This document shows positions 58,913-64,000 of a stretch of 64,000 bases of DNA, one piece after another. The notes beneath the pieces are model-generated. The model was not told where the DNA came from, ran no database searches, and worked only from the letters and a program-made list of their open reading frames with translations. How positions within the stretch are numbered: the first letter of the stretch is position 1; the number at the start of each line of letters is the position of its first letter. The stretch covers positions 192,001 through 256,000 of the forward strand of contig JANRLD010000042.1 of assembly GCA_033762915.1 (NCBI GenBank), given 5' to 3'. The position numbers and the translations under genes were made by a program. The DNA is from Meiothermus sp. (GTDB lineage Bacteria; Deinococcota; Deinococci; Deinococcales; Thermaceae).

Positions 58913-59458
58913 ATGACCCCCGAACAAACCAAACGAATCTCCAAACGCCTCTCGCTGCACCTGCGGCACGAGCCAGAGGGGTTGGGCCTGACGCTGCAAG
59001 AGGGCGGCTGGGTGGAAGTCGAAACCCTCCTAACCCACTTCAGCCGCAGATACGGAAAACTCACTAGGGCCGAACTCGAGGAGGTCGTTCGCGATAACGA
59101 CAAGCAGCGCTTCAGCTTCGACCAAGGCGGCAGCCGAATCCGGGCCAACCAGGGCCACAGCGTGGAAGTAGACCTACAGCTTCAGCCCCAAACCCCGCCC
59201 GAGTTCCTCTACCACGGCACCAACGCCGGCGCCCTGCAAACCGTGCTGGCCGAGGGCCTCAAGAAGATGTCCCGCCACCACGTCCATCTCTCGCCCGACC
59301 GGCAAACCGCCACCAAGGTCGGTAGCCGCCGTGGCAAGCCGGTGCTGCTGAGCGTGCGCTCGGGCGATATGGCTCGAGCAGGTCATCTCTTCTACTGCTC
59401 CGAAAACGGCGTGTGGCTGACCGACTGGGTGCCGGCGGAGTACCTCGAGGCCCTGTGA
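58913..59458 (+). CDS. kptA: RNA:NAD 2'-phosphotransferase (Tpt1/KptA)
   Basis: SKRLSLHLRH, DKQRF, IRANQGHS, LYHGT, MSRHHVHLS and SENGVWL. Confidence 0.95.
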   Translation: MTPEQTKRISKRLSLHLRHEPEGLGLTLQEGGWVEVETLLTHFSRRYGKLTRAELEEVVRDNDKQRFSFDQGGSRIRANQGHSVEVDLQLQPQTPPEFLYHGTNAGALQTVLAEGLKKMSRHHVHLSPDRQTATKVGSRRGKPVLLSVRSGDMARAGHLFYCSENGVWLTDWVPAEYLEAL

Positions 59459-59775
59459 ACGCGGTCATCCTCAACGAGGGGCTGCACCTGGCGATGGCCT
59501 GGGGTGAGGACTGGCTCAAGCCCATTCAGGCGCGTCTGGCCAAGCTGCACCCCGAGTTGAGCGCGGAGGAACTCGAGGCCTACAACACGGTCTGCCAAGA
59601 AGCCATGCGCTTGGGCTGTGAACAGGCCAAGCGCTATACCGCAATCGCAACAGCGGAGGAACACACCACCAACCTCGAGTCGTTCAAATCCCAGATACGC
59701 CAGCACCACCCCTGGGCCAGCGACGACAACCTCAGCCGTTTGTTCTCGCAGGGCATCTACTACGCCCTGAAGTGA
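59455..59775 (+). CDS. Small hypothetical protein, coupled to kptA; paralog of 63381-63716
   Basis: The GTG overlaps the kptA stop; LNEGLHLAMAWG...LHPELS...PW.S.DNLSRL.SQG.YYA. Confidence 0.7.
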   Translation: MNAVILNEGLHLAMAWGEDWLKPIQARLAKLHPELSAEELEAYNTVCQEAMRLGCEQAKRYTAIATAEEHTTNLESFKSQIRQHHPWASDDNLSRLFSQGIYYALK

Positions 59776-59785
59776 GGAGCCGCCC

Positions 59786-60397
59786 ATGAACCTATTCGGT
59801 GTAGGAGTGCCCCAAGCCGTGCTTGACTGGACGGGTTCGCTCTGCGTGGTCGTGTCGCTAATCTTCTTGTTTCGCAAGCAACTGGCTTACTGGCACTGGT
59901 CGAACGCCTCGCTGCTGCCGCTGTTCTTGCTGTTCTTGTCCGGTGGGCAGTGGATGCTGGCGGGCTTGCAAGTGACCTACCTCATCTTTGGGGTTCACGG
60001 GCTGTATTTGTGGTACTTGGAACAGCGCCGCGACCGGGGCGAAATCCGCTTCAAGGAGCCGCTGTGGTACAGCGTGACCTGGGTGGCCAGTGTGCTGATT
60101 TTTGCCTACACGGTCTACGTTACCGACTTCTCCAACCTCTGGAACTGGGTGCAGTTTGCGGCGGTCTCGCTGGCTTTGGTGGCCAACTTTGCCACCACCC
60201 GCAAGTGGAGCTGGAGCTGGTACGTGTGGTTTGGGGTCAACGTGGTGAATGCGGTGTATTTCTACAACGCGGAGATTTGGGGGCAGTTCTACTTGCAGTT
60301 CGTGCTGGCGGCCATGAGCGTGTATGGGCTGCTCGAGTGGCAGAAGCAGGAGAGGACCGAGGGCAGAGGACAGAGGACGGTGTTTTATAGAGAATAG
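59786..60397 (+). CDS. pnuC: Nicotinamide riboside transporter PnuC
   Basis: Multi-TM protein with LQVTY..GLYLW, WYVWFGVN and YGLLEW; next to NadR. Confidence 0.85.
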   Translation: MNLFGVGVPQAVLDWTGSLCVVVSLIFLFRKQLAYWHWSNASLLPLFLLFLSGGQWMLAGLQVTYLIFGVHGLYLWYLEQRRDRGEIRFKEPLWYSVTWVASVLIFAYTVYVTDFSNLWNWVQFAAVSLALVANFATTRKWSWSWYVWFGVNVVNAVYFYNAEIWGQFYLQFVLAAMSVYGLLEWQKQERTEGRGQRTVFYRE

Positions 60398-60445
60398 AGA
60401 TGGGGGGTGAGGCAAGAGGAAAGAAAAAGCCAGGAAACCGCAAAC

Positions 60446-60473
60446 GTAGGGATGTAGGGCTGTACGTCCCAAC
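60446..60473. repeat. GTAG-type REP-like palindrome
   Basis: GTAGGGATGTA-GGGCTG-TACGTCCCAAC. Confidence 0.4.
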
Positions 60474-60539
60474 ATGGTGAGTGGCTAACCTGGGATCGAA
60501 TGCTCTACGGTTTTGCAGTACGTACTTAACGAGGAACCC

Positions 60540-61703
60540 ATGCCATCAGACCGTCGAGGCACCGCCCTGATCGTGGGAAAGTTTGCCCCGCCGCACAGGG
60601 GTCATCAGCATTTGATCGAGACTGCGCTGGCTGACCGGAGCTTGGATGATTGGGTTGTACTGGTTTATTCCAACCCCGACTTTCTGCCCAACATGCCCTC
60701 GCACCGCCGGGCAGCTTGGATTCAACACCTGTATCCGCAAGTCAGGGTCTTCGCCCCCGAGAACCCACCGCCCAACGCTGCCGACGACTTTACCCAGCGC
60801 GAATTCGTGAAGGGCTGGCTCGGGCGACAAGTCGGGCGACAAGTCGGGCTTCACCACATCCAACCCGATGTTGTATACACCAGCGAGAGCTACGGTGAGG
60901 GTTTCGCCGAACATATCGGGGCAAGGCATGTGTTGGTGGATTTACCTCGCACCAATTTCCCACTTTCGGGGACTCGAGTCCGCGAAGTTTTGGCCAAGCT
61001 CGAAGCTTCCCGCCGCATTTCCTCTAGCCCATGCTGTGCTGTGGAGTTTGATCCCGACTTGCTCGATCAACTTGCCAAGGCCACCGATCCCTACATTTTC
61101 AAACAGCTTTTGCGCTGGCTCGAGCCGGTCAAGCGGGTGGTCTTTCTGGGCGCGGAGTCTACCGGCAAGAGCACCCTCACCGAGGCCGTGGCCAAAGAGA
61201 TGGGCATGCCCTTCGTGGCCGAGTACGGGCGCGAGCATTACGAGCGGAAGGGCGGGGTGATGGAACTCGAGGACTACCTACACATTGCCCGCCGCCACCG
61301 CGAACTCGAGGACGCCGCCCGGCTGCGCCTGCTGGGCGAGGGCCGCGGCGGCTACGTCTTCAGCGACACCAACGCCCTGACCACCCTCTTCTTCAGCTAC
61401 TACTACCATCAGGGCGGCCTGCCGGAGCTGCACCGAATCGCCAACCTGTGCAACGAGCGCTACCATCACGTCTTCGTGTGTGCCGACGATATCCCTTTCG
61501 CACAGGACGGCTGGCGCGACAACGAGGCGTGGCGCGGGCGGATGCAGGGGCTAGTCCTGCACGACCTGGACAGCCGGGGCATCCCCTACACGCTGGTCTG
61601 GGGAAGCCTCGAGGGGCGCGTCCGCCAAGTGAGGCAGGTGCTGGACGGCTTGCCGGGGCACGGTCGGCCCCAGCTCCCGCAGCTGGGGCCGCGGCCCAGC
61701 TGA
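60540..61703 (+). CDS. nadR: NadR-like bifunctional NMN adenylyltransferase / ribosylnicotinamide kinase (no HTH)
   Basis: GKFAPPHRGH, YTSESYG, P-loop GAESTGKST, EYGRE, DTNALTT and QDGWR. Confidence 0.88.
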   Translation: MPSDRRGTALIVGKFAPPHRGHQHLIETALADRSLDDWVVLVYSNPDFLPNMPSHRRAAWIQHLYPQVRVFAPENPPPNAADDFTQREFVKGWLGRQVGRQVGLHHIQPDVVYTSESYGEGFAEHIGARHVLVDLPRTNFPLSGTRVREVLAKLEASRRISSSPCCAVEFDPDLLDQLAKATDPYIFKQLLRWLEPVKRVVFLGAESTGKSTLTEAVAKEMGMPFVAEYGREHYERKGGVMELEDYLHIARRHRELEDAARLRLLGEGRGGYVFSDTNALTTLFFSYYYHQGGLPELHRIANLCNERYHHVFVCADDIPFAQDGWRDNEAWRGRMQGLVLHDLDSRGIPYTLVWGSLEGRVRQVRQVLDGLPGHGRPQLPQLGPRPS

Positions 61704-61891
61704 GGCCGGGCCTGGCGATGGGGTCACAGGTCGCATATCACCTCACTGGAGCCGCCGGTGGTTATTAAGCACAGCCCTGAATCAGGATGGCGTGGTAAGC
61801 TCCCCCGGCCTTAAGGGGTTTCTGACCCGTTCGTTCTCACATCCTGCCTTGCCCGGGCACGGCCCGTGCGATTTTGCAAGCTGTTCTGTAT

Positions 61892-63349
61892 ATGCTGCGC
61901 CACAGCCTCATCTACCTACTCGCTCGAGGGGTTCCGGCCCTTCTGAACTTCGCCAGTATCGCGGTCTTCACGCGCATGCTGGCCCCCGAGACCTACGGCC
62001 AGTACGCCCTGGTGGTCAGCGGGCTGACCCTGGTCAACATCCTGGTCTTCCAGTGGGTGCGGGTCTCGCTGGTGCGCTACTTTCCCGCCCACGTCGACGA
62101 CCCCCGCCCCTTGATGTCGTTGCTGCTGAGCCTGATGGCCCTGCTGGGCCTGGGCTCGGGGGCGGTGGGACTGGCCCTGGCGGCGCTGTGGCCCGACCCG
62201 GTGTGGCAGGGGCTGGTCGGGCTGGCGGTGCCGCTGCTGTGGTTGACGGCCTGGCTGGACCTAAACCTCGAGCTGCTCAGGAGCCGCCTCGAGCCGCTGC
62301 GCTACGGTCTGATCTACCTGGTGCGCTCGGCGGGCACGCTGGTGCTAGGGACGGCGCTGATTCTGTGGGGGCTGGGGGCCTACGGGCCGCTCCTGGGCAT
62401 GGGGCTGGGGCTTCTGCTGGGCGGGGTGCTGTTGGCGGGCGACTGGCGCGGAGTACGCCCGGTCCGGCCCGACCCCCCCATGCTGCGCACCCTGCTGGCC
62501 TACGGGCTGCCGCTGACTGGAACGTTCGCGCTCGACGCGCTGATCGAGACCGGGGGGCGCTTCATGGTCGCCCACTTTCACGGCGAGGCCGTGGTGGGGG
62601 TCTACGCGGCGGGCTACGACCTGATCCAGAACGCCATGACCCTGCTCCTGTTCGTGGTCAACCTGGCCGCCTTCCCGCTGGTGGTGCGGGCGCTCGAGGG
62701 TCAGGGGATGAAGGCCGCGAAGGAACGGCTGGAGCACAATGGCCTGCTGATCCTGGGGCTTGGGCTGCCTGCCGCCGCCGGGATCGCGCTACTGGCCCCC
62801 AACATCACCCAGACCGTGCTGGGCGTGCGCTACGCCGAGGCCCAGGCCATCCTGCCGGTGGTGGCGGCGGCGATGCTGGTGGCCGGGTTCAAGCGGTTCC
62901 ACCTCGACCTGGCCTACCAATTGGGCCAGCGCACCTACCTCCAGCTCTATAACGTCGCCGCCGCCGCCCTGACCAGCCTGCTGCTGGGCTGGTGGCTGAT
63001 CCCCGGTCTTGGCGTGTTGGGAGCGGCCTGGGCGGTGCTGGGCGGCTACCTGGCGGGAGCGGTGGTGAGCGCGGCGCTGGGGCGGCTGGCCTTCGCGGTG
63101 AGCCTGCCACTGCTGGACAGCCTCAAGCTGCTGGCCGCCACCGGCTTCATGGCGGCGGCGCTGTGGGTGGGGCGGCAGCCGGTGGGGGTGCTCGAGCTGC
63201 TGGTGCAGATCGGGGTGGGGGTGTGCGCCTACCTTTTGGCCTGCTACGCCCTCGATGTGGCCGGTCTGCGCAGCCGCCTAGGCTCGGTGATGGACCGGGC
63301 CTCGGCCCCCTTGCGGCGGCTGGTGCTCTCGAGTCCGCGCGGCCGCTGA
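61892..63349 (+). CDS. Polysaccharide flippase (Wzx/MOP family)
   Basis: 12-14 TM helices; TRMLAPETYGQY, YGLPL and VGVYAAGY. Confidence 0.85.
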   Translation: MLRHSLIYLLARGVPALLNFASIAVFTRMLAPETYGQYALVVSGLTLVNILVFQWVRVSLVRYFPAHVDDPRPLMSLLLSLMALLGLGSGAVGLALAALWPDPVWQGLVGLAVPLLWLTAWLDLNLELLRSRLEPLRYGLIYLVRSAGTLVLGTALILWGLGAYGPLLGMGLGLLLGGVLLAGDWRGVRPVRPDPPMLRTLLAYGLPLTGTFALDALIETGGRFMVAHFHGEAVVGVYAAGYDLIQNAMTLLLFVVNLAAFPLVVRALEGQGMKAAKERLEHNGLLILGLGLPAAAGIALLAPNITQTVLGVRYAEAQAILPVVAAAMLVAGFKRFHLDLAYQLGQRTYLQLYNVAAAALTSLLLGWWLIPGLGVLGAAWAVLGGYLAGAVVSAALGRLAFAVSLPLLDSLKLLAATGFMAAALWVGRQPVGVLELLVQIGVGVCAYLLACYALDVAGLRSRLGSVMDRASAPLRRLVLSSPRGR

Positions 63350-63380
63350 GCCACAGGGCCGCCCGGGGTATGCTGGGCCG

Positions 63381-63716
63381 GTGCCGGCGTCAGAGCCCAG
63401 CCCCGAAGTGCTTAATGCGGGCCTCGAGCTGGCCCTGGAGTGGGGCCAGAACTTCGGCAAGCCGGTGGGGCCGCGTCTGGCGGCGCTCCACCCCGAGCTT
63501 TCGGCGGGACAGCTCGAGGCGTGTGAGCAACTCTGTCAGGAGGCCAAATACTTCGCCTTCCGGGTGCTTTACGATCTCTATGAGCAGGGCTACAAAGACC
63601 CTTCTGCCCAGCAGTACCACCAGCCGGTGCTGGAAAAATACCCGTGGATTTCCGGGGAGAACCTGAGCCGCCTGCTCACCCAGGGCCGCTACTACGCCTG
63701 GCGTGATTTCGGCTGA
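63381..63716 (+). CDS. Small hypothetical protein, paralog of 59455-59775
   Basis: LNAGLELALEWG...LHPELS...CQEA...YPWISGENLSRLLTQGRYYA. Confidence 0.7.
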   Translation: MPASEPSPEVLNAGLELALEWGQNFGKPVGPRLAALHPELSAGQLEACEQLCQEAKYFAFRVLYDLYEQGYKDPSAQQYHQPVLEKYPWISGENLSRLLTQGRYYAWRDFG

Positions 63717-63719
63717 GCC

Positions 63720-64000
63720 TCAGGGCACTCGGATGCCCAGGTATTCCACCCACCGGGCACAGCCCGACTCGGCAGCTGCATCTCGAGCCTTCCCGGCCCA
63801 GCTGGCCTCGCCGGTAGCCTTGGACATGGCCCAGAGGGCGCGGCTTTGGCTGTAGGGGTCTTGGGAGCGCTCGAGGGCTTTTTCTGCCGTCTGCTGGGCT
63901 TTTCCCAGGTTTCCCCACAGCGCCTGGGCTTCAGCCAGCATGGCCAGGGTCAGCCCCGAGAATTCTTGCCCCATCCACTCCTGCAGCCCTAAGGCCTTGC
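63720..64000 (-). CDS. C-terminal TPR-like helical end of a protein that starts beyond the window
   Basis: Open frame running to the window edge with a helical LAEAQALWGNLGKAQQTAEKAL pattern. Confidence 0.5.
   Translation of the reverse strand, partial: KALGLQEWMGQEFSGLTLAMLAEAQALWGNLGKAQQTAEKALERSQDPYSQSRALWAMSKATGEASWAGKARDAAAESGCARWVEYLGIRVP

Overview
This is high-GC chromosomal DNA, very probably from a Meiothermus/Calidithermus-type Thermaceae (Deinococcota). That assignment is an inference from a DUF3208-like gene, a Thermus-type mdh and heavy over-use of the palindrome CTCGAG. In order, the window holds: (1) the end of a polyol catabolism pair (SDR and Zn-dehydrogenase); (2) urtABCDE divergent from ureABC-hypAB-ureEFGD; (3) a secreted zinc-protease/FG-GAP lipoprotein; (4) a ~16.5 kb element integrated in tRNA-Thr(CGT) between 45-bp att repeats (15596-15640 and 32079-32123), with a phage-satellite-like backbone (tyrosine integrase, XRE HTH, Xis-like, primase-polymerase, AAA helicase, TerS-like) and a low-GC four-gene DUF499/DUF3780/DUF1156/PLD-helicase restriction-like anti-phage cassette; (5) housekeeping and accessory genes (MFS transporters, AlkZ-like glycosylase, VOC, AraC, mdh, ABC components, DUF4832 lipoprotein, copper radical oxidase, GH13 amylase); (6) a NAD+/ADP-ribose operon (disrupted NADAR, NAMPT, AT-rich DUF2971-like gene, KptA, small unknown protein, PnuC, NadR) under a palindromic operator; and (7) a flippase followed by a paralog of the small unknown protein. 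A modular family of palindromic MITE/REPIN-like repeats occurs five times. No CRISPR array or rRNA was seen. All family assignments come from motif recognition by eye, not database searches.
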